A DNA stretch of 64,000 nt from Candidatus Nomurabacteria bacterium. GTDB lineage: Bacteria > Patescibacteriota > Minisyncoccia > Phycocordibacterales > UBA9973. A program made the position numbers and the translations under genes. Below are positions 18,320 to 28,872 of the stretch, one piece after another (within the stretch, counting starts at the first letter, position 1; each line of letters starts with the position of its first letter). The stretch is taken from NCBI GenBank assembly GCA_023267275.1, contig JAHFNO010000006.1:9519-73518 (forward strand), written 5' to 3'. Below the pieces are notes generated by a model, which worked only from the letters and a program-made list of their open reading frames with translations, did no database searches and was not told the origin of the DNA.

Positions 18320-18580
18320 ATGAAACAACTTAGCGAATTTTTAGAGCGATTTATAAAACTCGCACAATCAAGCGATGATGCAAAACAAGCAATCATTGAT
18401 GCCTTACAACAATCAGGTGTTCGGGTAAATGGGGGATTAGAAAGTGTTGTGATTCGCGGGACGATAGCCACACTTAAACTAAGTCCAATTCAAAAAAGCG
18501 AAGTGTCACTCCGACAAGCAAAAATTATTGCGCTCCTAAAAGAAAATCCCTTAACCAAACACCTCACAGTAGTGAGGTGA
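18320..18580 (+). CDS. small hypothetical protein downstream of dnaN
   Basis: ORF followed by the bidirectional terminator at 18598-18632. Confidence 0.4.
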   Translation: MKQLSEFLERFIKLAQSSDDAKQAIIDALQQSGVRVNGGLESVVIRGTIATLKLSPIQKSEVSLRQAKIIALLKENPLTKHLTVVR

Positions 18581-18678
18581 ACAAAAGAACAATAATTAAA
18601 AAAGCACCGCGGGCGAAGCCCGCGGTGCTTTTGTTCTTGTGTTCATTGTTTTTATGTTCTTCTGAAGATATAAATATT

Positions 18679-21195
18679 TTACTGAATATTTATCTCTTCA
18701 GAAGTGGTCCCTGTGGATTCAACTGTGTCAGTTCCTACCACCATCAATGTATTTGTTCCTGTTTGGAGGTTTGAAATCTGTTCAAGAGGAATCGAGAGGG
18801 TGGGGGTTGATCCATTTGTAGTACCAACATAATTATTGTTCAAGAACACATCCATTTTTTTAAGTGCATATGCTCCAGTAGAAGATATTGAAACAGTGAT
18901 CGTATCTTTTGTTGAAACAGTGCTTCCTTCCATCGGATTTGTTATTTTTATATGTGGTGCATTTGCAAGTGTGTGTACATCGTCATATCCAGCAGGTTTT
19001 TGAGCGAGTGTCACAATAGGGTATTTAGAACTATTTACCTTCCACCAATCCTGCACGGCCGTTTCCCAGTTGTTGTAGAGAGATTCACCTTGAGAGTTTC
19101 CCAAAAATCGATTGCGTGGATCAGTACGATTTACCCAATGAAGAATGTCGTGTACCTCAGTAACCACATATTCTTTTTGAGTTGCCTTTGGAGTCTGTGC
19201 CGTCGCAAGTTTTCCAGAGATAGTATCGACAACAAAACTCGTGTTTCCTTGCCAATATCCACGAAGCACCGGAGGAAGGGTGGCATAATCCGGATCAACC
19301 TCGGGTTTTTCAAATGTTTCAACCGGATAATTTTTTAGTGCCTCTTCCATAAATTGGTGCCAGATCGGTGCAGCAGTAATTCCTTTTCTCATAGCAGTGT
19401 TGTCATTTTTTCCAGCCCATACACCAGCAACGAGCGATGGTGTATATCCAATGGTCCACAAGTCTTTATAATCGTTTGTGGTACCTGTTTTCACTGCAAT
19501 CTGATGGTCGGGGAAGAAGAGTGGAGAAGTCGGGCTGTAGGTCAATCTACGCGCATTGTTGTCGGTGAGCACATCACTAATTTCCAAGGCAGCATTTTTA
19601 GGGAGTACTTGCATTGGATTGTCTTGCCAAGTTTCAAGCGTCGCTCCAGTATTGTCAGTAACCGAAAGAATTCCGTTGTATGGATGACGAACGCCGTTGT
19701 TGGCAAAAACCCCGTATGCACTTACTGCTTCGAGTAGCTTTACTTCACCACCTCCAAGTACAAGCGTTAGACCATAGCGTGACGAATCGGCAAGAGTGGT
19801 AATTCCCATGTCTTGTGCGGTTTTAATTGTATTTTGCACACCCACCATATAGAGCATTTTTACCGCAGGTACGTTCATAGAACTTCCGAGTGATGTGCGA
19901 ATATCGAGCGGGCCATGATAGGTTCCGTCGTAGTTTACTGGCATATAACATTCATCTTGTTTTGTGTTTGCATCTTTTGGATGGCCATATGGATTACAAC
20001 TTGCGTTGAATTCTGTTGGTACATCAAAAAGCACAGTGTCTGGCGTGTAACCATCTTCAAATGCCGTTGCATACATGTATGGTTTGAACGAGGATCCTGG
20101 CTGACGACGAGCTGTCGTCACATTGAAGTTTCCATCGATCTGCGTGTCGAAATAATTTCGGGAACCAACCATGACCAATAGTTGTCCTGTCTTTGGATCA
20201 ATCGCCACAAATCCAGCGTTCAAATCCTCGAGCTGTTTTTTGTCGCCGGTGGTATATTCTGCCACCGCGTTCTCGGCGATTTGCTGGAGATTGTAATCGA
20301 GTGTAGTAATCACTTTGAGTCCGCCAGATTCTACAGTATCGACTCCATATTTTTGTTCAAGATAATCTTTGATGAAAAAAACAAAGTGTGGAGCTTTAAT
20401 GCCTTGTGATTGTTGTGGCTTAAATACAACTTGTTCCGCTTTTGCTTGTGCATATTCTGTATCAGAAATAAATTTCAATTCATGTTCGCGAGCAAGCACG
20501 AGATTTTTGCGTGTTACCAAATCATCTTTATGTGTTCCGTAGGGAGAATAGTGTGTTGGTGCATTGGGAATAGCTGCAAGATAGGCAGCTTCGGCAACAG
20601 TCAAATCTTTTGGATCTTTGCCGAAAAATGTTTGTGATGCTTCTTGAATACCAAAAATATTTCCGCCATACGGAATTTCGTTGAGGTAAATTCCTAAAAT
20701 TTGATCTTTTGAATATGAGCGTTCAAGCTTGAGCGCCAAAATAATTTCCTTGAGTTTGCGTACAATCGTCTTGTCACTCGTGAGAAGACTTTGTTTGATT
20801 ACTTGTTGAGTGATAGTTGATCCACCTTGCACTGCACCCGCATGGGTAATGTTGGCAACAAGTGCGCGAAGCATTGCTTTTGGCTGAACACCAATGTGTT
20901 GATAGAAATTTGAATCTTCAATGGCAACAGTGGCATTTTTTATATTCGCTCCCATATCAGTATAGGGAATAGAGGTGCGGTGTGCGTCACTTCCCAAATC
21001 GTACAACACGATTTGCCCAGTACGGTCATATATTTTTGTGGAATTTACTTGTTTGCGGGAGTCGAACGAAGTGAAGTCGGGAAGCTTCATAAAGCTGATC
21101 CAAATGATGAGCACGCCAAAAATAAACGCCCCGATTCCGAGCACTGCGAATAATGTGTTACGAACATGATGCGTTTTTATGTTTGCTAATGCCAT
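18679..21195 (-). CDS. class A penicillin-binding protein (transglycosylase + transpeptidase)
   Basis: GT51 motifs EDSNFYQHIGV and GGSTITQQ; transpeptidase motifs SSFKP (SxxK) and KTGTT; N-terminal TM anchor. Confidence 0.85.
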   Translation of the reverse strand: MALANIKTHHVRNTLFAVLGIGAFIFGVLIIWISFMKLPDFTSFDSRKQVNSTKIYDRTGQIVLYDLGSDAHRTSIPYTDMGANIKNATVAIEDSNFYQHIGVQPKAMLRALVANITHAGAVQGGSTITQQVIKQSLLTSDKTIVRKLKEIILALKLERSYSKDQILGIYLNEIPYGGNIFGIQEASQTFFGKDPKDLTVAEAAYLAAIPNAPTHYSPYGTHKDDLVTRKNLVLAREHELKFISDTEYAQAKAEQVVFKPQQSQGIKAPHFVFFIKDYLEQKYGVDTVESGGLKVITTLDYNLQQIAENAVAEYTTGDKKQLEDLNAGFVAIDPKTGQLLVMVGSRNYFDTQIDGNFNVTTARRQPGSSFKPYMYATAFEDGYTPDTVLFDVPTEFNASCNPYGHPKDANTKQDECYMPVNYDGTYHGPLDIRTSLGSSMNVPAVKMLYMVGVQNTIKTAQDMGITTLADSSRYGLTLVLGGGEVKLLEAVSAYGVFANNGVRHPYNGILSVTDNTGATLETWQDNPMQVLPKNAALEISDVLTDNNARRLTYSPTSPLFFPDHQIAVKTGTTNDYKDLWTIGYTPSLVAGVWAGKNDNTAMRKGITAAPIWHQFMEEALKNYPVETFEKPEVDPDYATLPPVLRGYWQGNTSFVVDTISGKLATAQTPKATQKEYVVTEVHDILHWVNRTDPRNRFLGNSQGESLYNNWETAVQDWWKVNSSKYPIVTLAQKPAGYDDVHTLANAPHIKITNPMEGSTVSTKDTITVSISSTGAYALKKMDVFLNNNYVGTTNGSTPTLSIPLEQISNLQTGTNTLMVVGTDTVESTGTTSEEINIQ

Positions 21196-21252
21196 TCCAG
21201 TATCATATCACGACCCAAGGACAAAAAAGGGCATTTATGGTACAGTGCTTTT

Positions 21253-22623
21253 ATGAAATCTGTAGATATTGAAGAATTATTTTCTCGCGGAGCTGCGAGT
21301 TTTATAGACCCCGACAATGCATTCCGTAAAAAAGTGGAGGCAAAAATTGCGGGCAACTATCCAGGCGATATTGTTATCAAAATCGGTATGGATCCAACAC
21401 GACCAGACATTCATATCGGCCACGCCGTGATTCTTCGCAAACTTCGTTCATTCCAAGATATCGGCTGTAAGATCATTTTCCTTATCGGCGACTTTACTTC
21501 TCTCATTGGTGATCCGACCGGCAAAAGTAAAACTCGCCCCGAGATTAGTCAGCAAGAAATCGAGAACAATATGAAGACCTACCTCGACCAGGCAGGAAAA
21601 ATTCTTTCACTTGATCCAAAGGTATTTTCTTGGATTCGCAATTCTGATTGGTTTGTTTCTATCAACGACATTCTCGCTCCCGACAATCGAAAAGATCTTT
21701 CTTTTGGAGATATTTCCGTTTCTGTCGACAAACCACTTCCTGGTACACATATTTTGAACAAGGCGAGTTATTGGGTGGAGACACGCATGCAAAAAAATGC
21801 GATTCACAGTTTTTCATTCCTCAACGTTCTTTCTGTGCTTCGTCATGTTACCCACGCACGTCTCATTGAACGTGACATGTTTCAAGATCGTATAGAGAAA
21901 GGGGGAGAACTCTACATGCACGAAATGATGTATCCAGTATTGCAAGGAATCGATTCCACTGTCCTCGCAAACATTTACGGATCATGTGATCTTGAAATCG
22001 GAGGTACCGACCAGACATTCAACATGCTCATGGGACGCGATGTTATGCGTATGAACAAACAAGAAGAGCAATCAGTGCTCTCTATGGATATTCTCGAAGG
22101 ACTTGATGGAAAGGAAAAAATGAGTAAATCACTCGACAACTACATTGGTATCACTGATGAACCAAACAACATGTACGGCAAGGTGCTCTCTATTCCTGAC
22201 GCACTCATTCCACGCTATTTCGCACTTGCCACATACACACCGCTTGCCGAAACAAAAGAAATTGAAAAAACACTCGCGAGTGGAAACACAAATCCGCGTG
22301 ACTTAAAGATGCGCTTGGCACGAGAAATCGTTGCAATATACCACGGTGAATCTGCCGCAGAAGGCGCAGAAAAAAATTTTGTTGAAACGTTTTCACAAAA
22401 AAAGATTCCAGAAAATGTTTTGGAAATCTCTGGAGAATTTACTTCGATTGTTGACGCTATGATGAAAGCCGAAGTTGCTGAATCAAAAACAGATGCACGT
22501 CGTCTGATTGAAGCAGGTGCAGTGACATATCTCGAATCTGATACAAAAATTACTGACGCAACGACTGTACCAGAAAAAGGTACGTATCGTGTTGGAAAGA
22601 TTCGTTTTTTCCGAATCGGGTAG
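21253..22623 (+). CDS. tyrS: tyrosine--tRNA ligase
   Basis: HIGH motif (DIHIGHAV), GDFTSLIGDPTGKS, KMSKS, and a C-terminal S4-like domain. Confidence 0.75.
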   Translation: MKSVDIEELFSRGAASFIDPDNAFRKKVEAKIAGNYPGDIVIKIGMDPTRPDIHIGHAVILRKLRSFQDIGCKIIFLIGDFTSLIGDPTGKSKTRPEISQQEIENNMKTYLDQAGKILSLDPKVFSWIRNSDWFVSINDILAPDNRKDLSFGDISVSVDKPLPGTHILNKASYWVETRMQKNAIHSFSFLNVLSVLRHVTHARLIERDMFQDRIEKGGELYMHEMMYPVLQGIDSTVLANIYGSCDLEIGGTDQTFNMLMGRDVMRMNKQEEQSVLSMDILEGLDGKEKMSKSLDNYIGITDEPNNMYGKVLSIPDALIPRYFALATYTPLAETKEIEKTLASGNTNPRDLKMRLAREIVAIYHGESAAEGAEKNFVETFSQKKIPENVLEISGEFTSIVDAMMKAEVAESKTDARRLIEAGAVTYLESDTKITDATTVPEKGTYRVGKIRFFRIG

Positions 22624-22759
22624 AGTCACAAGAACAAAAGATCATCAGAGTATAAAAACACGAGAGCAGATAATATAAAAACAAAAAATACAAACCCCGC
22701 GCCTGGCGCGGGGTTTGTATTAATGTTCTAGTGATTATTGTTCTCGTGTTCTAGTGATT

Positions 22760-22939
22760 TTACAAGTCTGCTGTAGGCAAATCACTCTCGTCATCGTCTT
22801 CTGTGTCGACATCATCATCGGTGAGGGGAATATCATCTGCTAAAAATTCATCATCGATGTCCGTATCATCTGTCAAAGCAGTTCCGGTAAATTCTGGATC
22901 TTCATCGGATGGGCGAATTGTATCTTCTTCAAATTGCAT
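22760..22939 (-). CDS. small (59 aa) highly acidic hypothetical protein
   Basis: Manual translation gives MQFEEDTIRPSDEDPEFTGTALTDDTDIDDEFLADDIPLTDDDVDTEDDDESDLPTADL. It falls below the 60-aa ORF-track cutoff and sits between two terminator/repeat regions. Confidence 0.35.
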   Translation of the reverse strand: MQFEEDTIRPSDEDPEFTGTALTDDTDIDDEFLADDIPLTDDDVDTEDDDESDLPTADL

Positions 22940-23101
22940 ACTAAGAAAAAATTATAAGTAAGTAAAATAGTTTTCGAGCGACCTAATAACGACCTAATAA
23001 TGTACAGTTGTAACAGATGCAGTTTTTATTAGCAACACCTGTTTTACAAAAAAGTGTGGATATCTAAAAGAGTATGCGTACACAAAATGAATTGGCTCTT
23101 T

Positions 23102-23578
23102 TTATCGAATTTTTGCAATTGCAAAACAAGTGAGCGCTACAGCGATTGCATCCACTTCATCGTCAATCATTTTGCGTTCCGGAAGTTTGATGAGACGTGG
23201 CACCATGTCCATCACTCCGCGCTTGTCACTTTTTCCATAACCAGTAACCGCTACTTTTATTTCAAGTGGTGTGTATTCAAAAATAGGGATGTGCGCTCGA
23301 GCACCTTCATACAAAAGTACACCACGGGCCTCCGCTACCACCATCGCTGTTTTCGTGTTTGTTTCAAAAAACAATTTTTCGATTGCCATACCATCCGGAT
23401 TCCATTCGGTGATCACACGAGCGACTTCTTCTCCCAAGAGAAGAAGTCGCTCGCTGTGCGAAATTTTTGCCGATGTTTTAAAACACTCAGAAAATAAAAA
23501 TGTTTCCTTGTTGCCGATTTTTTCGATTACCGCAATACCGATTCGTTCAATTCCTGGATCAATTCCTAGGATTCTCAT
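23102..23578 (-). CDS. ruvC: Holliday junction resolvase RuvC
   Basis: N-terminus MRILGIDPGIERIGIAVIE. Confidence 0.85.
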   Translation of the reverse strand: MRILGIDPGIERIGIAVIEKIGNKETFLFSECFKTSAKISHSERLLLLGEEVARVITEWNPDGMAIEKLFFETNTKTAMVVAEARGVLLYEGARAHIPIFEYTPLEIKVAVTGYGKSDKRGVMDMVPRLIKLPERKMIDDEVDAIAVALTCFAIAKIR

Positions 23579-23590
23579 AATGTCTAATAA

Positions 23591-23971
23591 CTAATTTCTA
23601 ATTTCTAAAGAATTCGCCTTTGACTTGAGCGAAATGGTAACAAAGATTTTTCGAAGTTCTTCAGCTTCTTTGTATAGTTTTTCTAATTCAGTTCTATGAA
23701 CTTCTGTTTCAATAAGTAGTCGCAACCAGTACTCTGTTTCCTGAGCTTCTTTTTTGCAAATACCAATTTTATGTTCAAAATCCTTTCTTGACTCAGCTCC
23801 ATCAGCCTCATGATAGTTTGCACCAATGCTTGTTCCGGAGCGAATACATTGCAAAATTAAATTTTGGTTTGTCATATTCCTTTGTATTTTTTTGAGAGAA
23901 AAGATTAGATTCTTGCTAAACAAAAAAGTTCTTTCTTTCAAATCATATTTTTTTGTATTGCCATTAGACAT
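23591..23971 (-). CDS. four-helix-bundle protein (TIGR02436 family), second copy
   Basis: Family signature LQCIRSGTSIGANYHEADGAESRKDFEHKIGICKKEAQETEYWLRLL. Confidence 0.75.
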   Translation of the reverse strand: MSNGNTKKYDLKERTFLFSKNLIFSLKKIQRNMTNQNLILQCIRSGTSIGANYHEADGAESRKDFEHKIGICKKEAQETEYWLRLLIETEVHRTELEKLYKEAEELRKIFVTISLKSKANSLEIRN

Positions 23972-23996
23972 TAGAAATTAGAAGTTAGATATTGGG

Positions 23997-24521
23997 TTAC
24001 TCGGCGTTTGTTAGTACTTCTTGCACCTCATTATTGTTTTCTAGTTCATCAATGAGTTTTTCGAGTGCAACACCATCTTCTTCGGAGAGGGGAACAGTCA
24101 TTGTTGGAGTAAGTTCACCATCTACTTTTTGAAATGCCCACATAACACTACCGATGGATCCAAGCGAGGAACCATTTTTATCAAGTATATGACGAATCTC
24201 TTGTGCGGCGCGATTGCGTGAATCGGTAAGTGCTTCAATAATGATTCCGACTCCGCCCGGACCGTAGGCTTCGTAGACGATTGTTTCCAAATCTTTGGCT
24301 TCAGTAGCTTTGCTAATTGCTCGTTCAATAGTATCGACTGGCATATCTGCAGCACGAGCTTTATCGATAGCACTGCGTACTGCTACGGCATTGCGATCGC
24401 CACCAGCCACTTTTACCTGCGCGGAAATCATACGGGAAAGCTTTCCAAAGAGTTGGCTTCGCTTACTATCGCTCGCACCTTTTTGACGTTGTATTTGTGA
24501 CCATTTGTTATGACCTGACAT
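23997..24521 (-). CDS. YebC/PmpR-family transcriptional regulator (short form)
   Basis: MSGHNKWSQIQRQKGASDSKRSQLFGKL ... YEAYGPGGVGIIIEALTDSRNRAAQEIRH; lies between ruvC and ruvB as in many bacteria. Confidence 0.75.
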   Translation of the reverse strand: MSGHNKWSQIQRQKGASDSKRSQLFGKLSRMISAQVKVAGGDRNAVAVRSAIDKARAADMPVDTIERAISKATEAKDLETIVYEAYGPGGVGIIIEALTDSRNRAAQEIRHILDKNGSSLGSIGSVMWAFQKVDGELTPTMTVPLSEEDGVALEKLIDELENNNEVQEVLTNAE

Positions 24522-24607
24522 ATTGCCCAGTATAAATTATCTTTTTCTAAGTAGAAAGGGTTTGACAAATATATAAAAAGGAGGATAATCGAAAAAAACT
24601 AACGCTT

Positions 24608-24862
24608 ATGTATCGCAAACATTTACAGTTTATAACAGAGTTTGGTCCAGCAAACTTTATAATTAGAAAGCAAATAGATCTCGGACACATAGAAGACCAG
24701 GATGTCTTAGATTTTATAAAAATAAGAACCGGAAAAAACTCCTTGGACGAAAACATAAAATATGAGCTGAGGCGCTTACGGAAAAAAGATATTCGATACA
24801 TTCCTTTCGGTGTGATTAATATCACAAAACCCGAATTATGTGTCGAATCTATTGAATGTTAA
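24608..24862 (+). CDS. small hypothetical protein
   Basis: ORF ends 20 nt before the terminator hairpin ATACAGCCCTGCATGCAGGGCTGTAT. Confidence 0.3.
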   Translation: MYRKHLQFITEFGPANFIIRKQIDLGHIEDQDVLDFIKIRTGKNSLDENIKYELRRLRKKDIRYIPFGVINITKPELCVESIEC

Positions 24863-25242
24863 AACGATATTGTATTTATTTATACAGCCCTGCATGCAGG
24901 GCTGTATTTTTTTAAAACCAAATATCCGGGTATTGTATAAACACAGCAACATGCTAGTATTTGTTTCAAATCCACCGCCCATGTTCTCAATACCAATCGC
25001 CCTCCTTATTTACAAATGCCGGCATTTCGTGATGCTTTATTCTGTAAAAGCAATCATTGTCGTCGCCAACTGTATCGATGAATTACACAGATCAAAAACA
25101 GGTATGTTTTTTATCAAAACAGCAGAAGCATTTGCAAAATTATCAATGTAACAGCCTGTCACTCATGATAGGCTGTTTTTCATTTCCAGATTTAGATTGC
25201 TTGTATTCCTTAAAAAGAGTGCTATTGTGAAGAAAAACTATT

Positions 25243-25767
25243 ATGAAACTTATTGATTTTAGAAAAGATCTCGATACATTCAAAAATGAATTACAGGAGA
25301 TTTTTGGAGAAAACTTCTCTCAGATAACAGAATTTCCACTTCCATTGTTTCCCGCGCTCTTCTATTTCAAACAACGGTTTAAATATGGTGAAGAAAAGGA
25401 GTATACAGTGACCCATACCCATCGTATTACGAATATTGATCCATCGAGATACCCATTTCGTGGAGCAATAGGACTCGAGAAGGATTCTTTCTCTTCATGC
25501 AGTTTCGTACTCTACGGCGGAAAATTTGAAAAGAGCGAAGAAGACCAGCTTATGTGGGTGAAAGAGGTGTTCCGATTGCGCGGAGGGATTTTTGATAAAA
25601 ATATGCCAGCTTTGAATGGCGAAGAAAAGCTCAATATCAATGCACAATTTGATTTTTCCTTGTTGCTTGATACAAAAAAAGAATTGCAGTTTATTGCAAA
25701 CATGTTCTCTGAAATAGCAGATTTATATGATTTGATGAATTCAAAAATTGAAAGCGTAAAACTATAA
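25243..25767 (+). CDS. hypothetical protein
   Basis: ORF followed by the terminator AAAAATCCCCATATTACGGGGATTTTT. Confidence 0.5.
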   Translation: MKLIDFRKDLDTFKNELQEIFGENFSQITEFPLPLFPALFYFKQRFKYGEEKEYTVTHTHRITNIDPSRYPFRGAIGLEKDSFSSCSFVLYGGKFEKSEEDQLMWVKEVFRLRGGIFDKNMPALNGEEKLNINAQFDFSLLLDTKKELQFIANMFSEIADLYDLMNSKIESVKL

Positions 25768-25837
25768 AGTAAAAATCCCCATATTACGGGGATTTTTTTG
25801 TTACTCAAACAAGTTTTTTGGAATACCCTAAAGCAAA

Positions 25838-26830
25838 TTATTGCTCGGGCGCGTCGAACCCTAAATGTTCGTAAGCCTTTTTTGTCACCGTGCGTCCGCG
25901 AGTGGTTCGCTCAAGGAGTCCGCGTTGAATGAGATACGGTTCAATCACTTCTTCGATCGTTGCTTCTTCTTCACTCGTCGCTGCCGCAATCGTGTTGAGT
26001 CCCACTGGTCCACCATTGAATTTCTCAATGATTACTTGGAGTACTTGGCGGTCGGATTCTGAAAGACCGAGTTCGTCGATACCCAAGAGGGAAAGTGCAA
26101 GAAATACAGTTTTTTTATCTAAATCTTTTTTATGCACCTGTGCGTAGTCACGGCAACGTTTCAAAAAATAGTTTGCGGTGCGGGGAGTAAAGCGCGCACG
26201 TTTTGCGATTTCTGCTACGGCATCATCGTCAATGGTTACGCCAAGCACTTTTGCTGAGCGATGAATGATCTTCGCAATTTGTTCTTCGGTATAAAATTCC
26301 AAACGAAATGTTCCACCAGAAAAACGTGAGCGGAGTGGGGCAGAAAGAAGCGCGATGCGTGTGGTTGCTGCGATAAGAGTGAATGCAGGAAGGTCGAGTT
26401 GGATTGTACGAGCGCTTGGACCTTTGCCGATAATAATATCGAGTACGCCACTTTCCATGGCAGGGTAGAGGACTTCTTCAATAGTCTTATTCAAGCGATG
26501 AATCTCGTCGACAAACAAAATATCTCCCGGTTGCAGGTTTGTAAGTATGGAAGCAAGGTCGCCAACTTTTTCAATTGCCGGCCCACTCGTCGATTTGAGC
26601 GAGCGTCCAGTTTCTTTTGCAATCAAATGGGCGAGCGTTGTCTTTCCCAATCCTGGTGGACCATAAAAAAGAATATGTTCGGCAGGATGATTGCGTTCCG
26701 AAGCAGCTTGCAAAAGAATTTTTAAATTTTCTTTGATGGATTCCTGACCAATATACTCATCAAATGAGCTTGGGCGGAGTGTCTGGTCAAGATATGAGTC
26801 GTTTTCTTTTTTTTCTTCGTTATTTTCCAT
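25838..26830 (-). CDS. ruvB: Holliday junction branch-migration ATPase RuvB
   Basis: LRPSSFDEYIGQ ... ILFYGPPGLGKTTLA. Confidence 0.9.
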   Translation of the reverse strand: MENNEEKKENDSYLDQTLRPSSFDEYIGQESIKENLKILLQAASERNHPAEHILFYGPPGLGKTTLAHLIAKETGRSLKSTSGPAIEKVGDLASILTNLQPGDILFVDEIHRLNKTIEEVLYPAMESGVLDIIIGKGPSARTIQLDLPAFTLIAATTRIALLSAPLRSRFSGGTFRLEFYTEEQIAKIIHRSAKVLGVTIDDDAVAEIAKRARFTPRTANYFLKRCRDYAQVHKKDLDKKTVFLALSLLGIDELGLSESDRQVLQVIIEKFNGGPVGLNTIAAATSEEEATIEEVIEPYLIQRGLLERTTRGRTVTKKAYEHLGFDAPEQ

Positions 26831-27381
26831 TGTTTTTTAGAATTATTTAGCTTCGTTTTGGTGTTCCTTTAGACATTAGTCATTAGACCTTAGGATTTGG
26901 GTTATAAATGACCACTCTTGACATTTGCAACCTGCTATGCTAGACTAGCAGTAATTAAATCAATACCCACTTTATACACAGGGTATACACACAGTATACC
27001 ACCTGGCCCCATAAATTTCTTTCGGGACTCAGGGTACTATAATTGGGAGGCGATTTTTTATTTTTTAGGATATACATAAATGGCGCATTTCTGAATCAGC
27101 AGATTCACTCTTGGAGGAAGTTGCTTCGCTCGTTTGTTCCCGCAATGTACCCCGTGTACATTTTGGTCACAAGCCTCGCTCGCGCCTCGAACTGCATCCA
27201 TTTCTGTTAAATCCTATTTAAGAAGGCATAAATCTCTAAGTGATCAAGTTTTCGGACTGTATAGGATCTCGTAAAGGACGTTTTGGCTCCCAGGCTCGTT
27301 TCTGGAAGTGCTGCAGCTATCCTCCGCGGTCTCCTTACTTTTAACACCTAGTTGTTGAAAGGATTATTTAGAGATTTATGC

Positions 27382-27520
27382 TTTTTTTGTTGTCAAAATA
27401 GTAAAAAAATATGTCGTTTTGAAAGACACGAAAATTTTTTGCTAAAAATTTTCTCTGTCCGTCGCCGGTCGCTCCTCCCAAGGTCTTTCAAAACGACATA
27501 CTATTTTTACAACAAAAAAA
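27382..27520. repeat. long imperfect inverted repeat (~40-bp arms, ~55-nt spacer)
   Basis: Left arm TTGTTGTCAAAATAGTAAAAAAATATGTCGTTTTGAAAGAC pairs with right arm GTCTTTCAAAACGACATACTATTTTTACAACAA. It lies inside the 0.78-kb gene-free island 26831-27617. Confidence 0.7.
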
Positions 27521-27617
27521 CAAAACTCTCTGGGTGGGGAGATGGGGGAAAATGTGAACCCAATACATTGCTAATGTTGATACTAGTTTTTTATTTATGA
27601 AAAAACCACCCAAATAA

Positions 27618-28223
27618 TTAGGTGGCTTCATTTTTTGCTACAAGCGCTGCAATTGAAAAAATTGCAGATTTACTTTTTTGAGGAAGGATATCTGGAAGAA
27701 GGATATTGCCATAGAGTTCTATTAGTTTTATTGGCATTTTTTCCCACCAGAAACTAAAGCGTTCTTTGTTGCTCATGTGTATAGAGGGTGCTTTTCTTTC
27801 AGATAAAATGACTGCATCTCGCAAAAGACAGATTTTTTCATAGGAATCTCCTTTGTATTTTTCACTCAACCACAGCACATACGGAAGTTTGCGGATCAGG
27901 CATCCTTTGATAAAAACAAGTTTTAATAACTCGGCATACCAGGCAAGAATTTCTTTTTCTTGTTTATTTGGTCCGCGACTTGTTTCCGGATCGATGATAA
28001 GACCAATACAACAATTACTCTCATCTACAATGTTTAGCAAGCTTACATTGAGTTTTTTTATTCCACCTTCAGCTCGCGGGTTTGGTACGAGCCCAAATTG
28101 AGTAATGAGAGCAAGGTTTAATACAAATTGAGCAATCGCTATGTCTAGTATTGGATGTTTTGATTCAACACAGACAATTCCTTTTTTAAGGTCATTTTTA
28201 AGAATCAAAGAAGATGTATTCAT
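27618..28223 (-). CDS. hypothetical protein
   Basis: ORF with a terminator hairpin (CCACC-N10-GGTGG plus T-run) just beyond its stop. Confidence 0.45.
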   Translation of the reverse strand: MNTSSLILKNDLKKGIVCVESKHPILDIAIAQFVLNLALITQFGLVPNPRAEGGIKKLNVSLLNIVDESNCCIGLIIDPETSRGPNKQEKEILAWYAELLKLVFIKGCLIRKLPYVLWLSEKYKGDSYEKICLLRDAVILSERKAPSIHMSNKERFSFWWEKMPIKLIELYGNILLPDILPQKSKSAIFSIAALVAKNEAT

Positions 28224-28329
28224 AAGAGTTGTTTTGCTTACTTATACTCAATCCTGCTCCGTATGTCAAAAATTCATGCATTGCTTTATTTTAGGGAAAG
28301 GTGTTTACTGAAGAAAAATTGACAACAGT

Positions 28330-28872
28330 ATGGAAAATCAAAATGTTCCACCATTGACGCTTGTTCCTCGTGTTATTGATGAGGAGACAGAAAAATGGCT
28401 TAAAAAATGGATAGAGTATATTAAAAATGTTTCTCCACGGATTCTCATTTCATCAATATTAGATGAGGATTTTAAGGAAAGAAGAAGATTGTTGATGGAA
28501 AGTATCCATCTGTATTTATGTGATGGCGACCCTAACGACACTTCAACAATTACAAATCTTAACGAGAATGACATATTATTTTTTCTCGCCATCAATCTTG
28601 CTCTTGGTGCAGAACCCCAAAAATATGCATTTAAGGATATTTGCATTTTTTGTTCAAAAGATAGGGCATTTTTTACTAAATACGAAGGATTCGATTTTGA
28701 AAACGAAAAATTTTTTCTAGGACACCGTCCAGAGGATGAGGACGAACATTGGTCTTCCTCATATTGCCACGATGTTATTTTTAATAAGTGGGAAGTTATA
28801 CTTCCTATGTTTATCAACAGATTCGCTGAGGAGTGGAAAGAAAAAGTACCACCATTTCCCGGTACACAATGA
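28330..28872 (+). CDS. hypothetical protein
   Basis: Plus-strand ORF preferred over the overlapping antisense ORF 28338-28973, which is Ser-rich and runs into the 146-nt repeat. Confidence 0.4.
   Translation: MENQNVPPLTLVPRVIDEETEKWLKKWIEYIKNVSPRILISSILDEDFKERRRLLMESIHLYLCDGDPNDTSTITNLNENDILFFLAINLALGAEPQKYAFKDICIFCSKDRAFFTKYEGFDFENEKFFLGHRPEDEDEHWSSSYCHDVIFNKWEVILPMFINRFAEEWKEKVPPFPGTQ

Noticed and set aside
27255-27345. Possible SRP RNA domain IV (GGAAG-N-GCAGC) or RNase P RNA in the island
   Set aside because: Only a loose resemblance. The conserved AGGUCAGG...GGAAGCAGC and GGAAAGUCCGGGCUCC blocks are not found. Left as an open check, not called.
27352-27600. 82-aa ORF in the gene-free island
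   Set aside because: It spans both arms of the long inverted repeat and the following terminator hairpin. Its composition is not protein-like, being Cys- and Phe-rich from poly-T and poly-A tracts.
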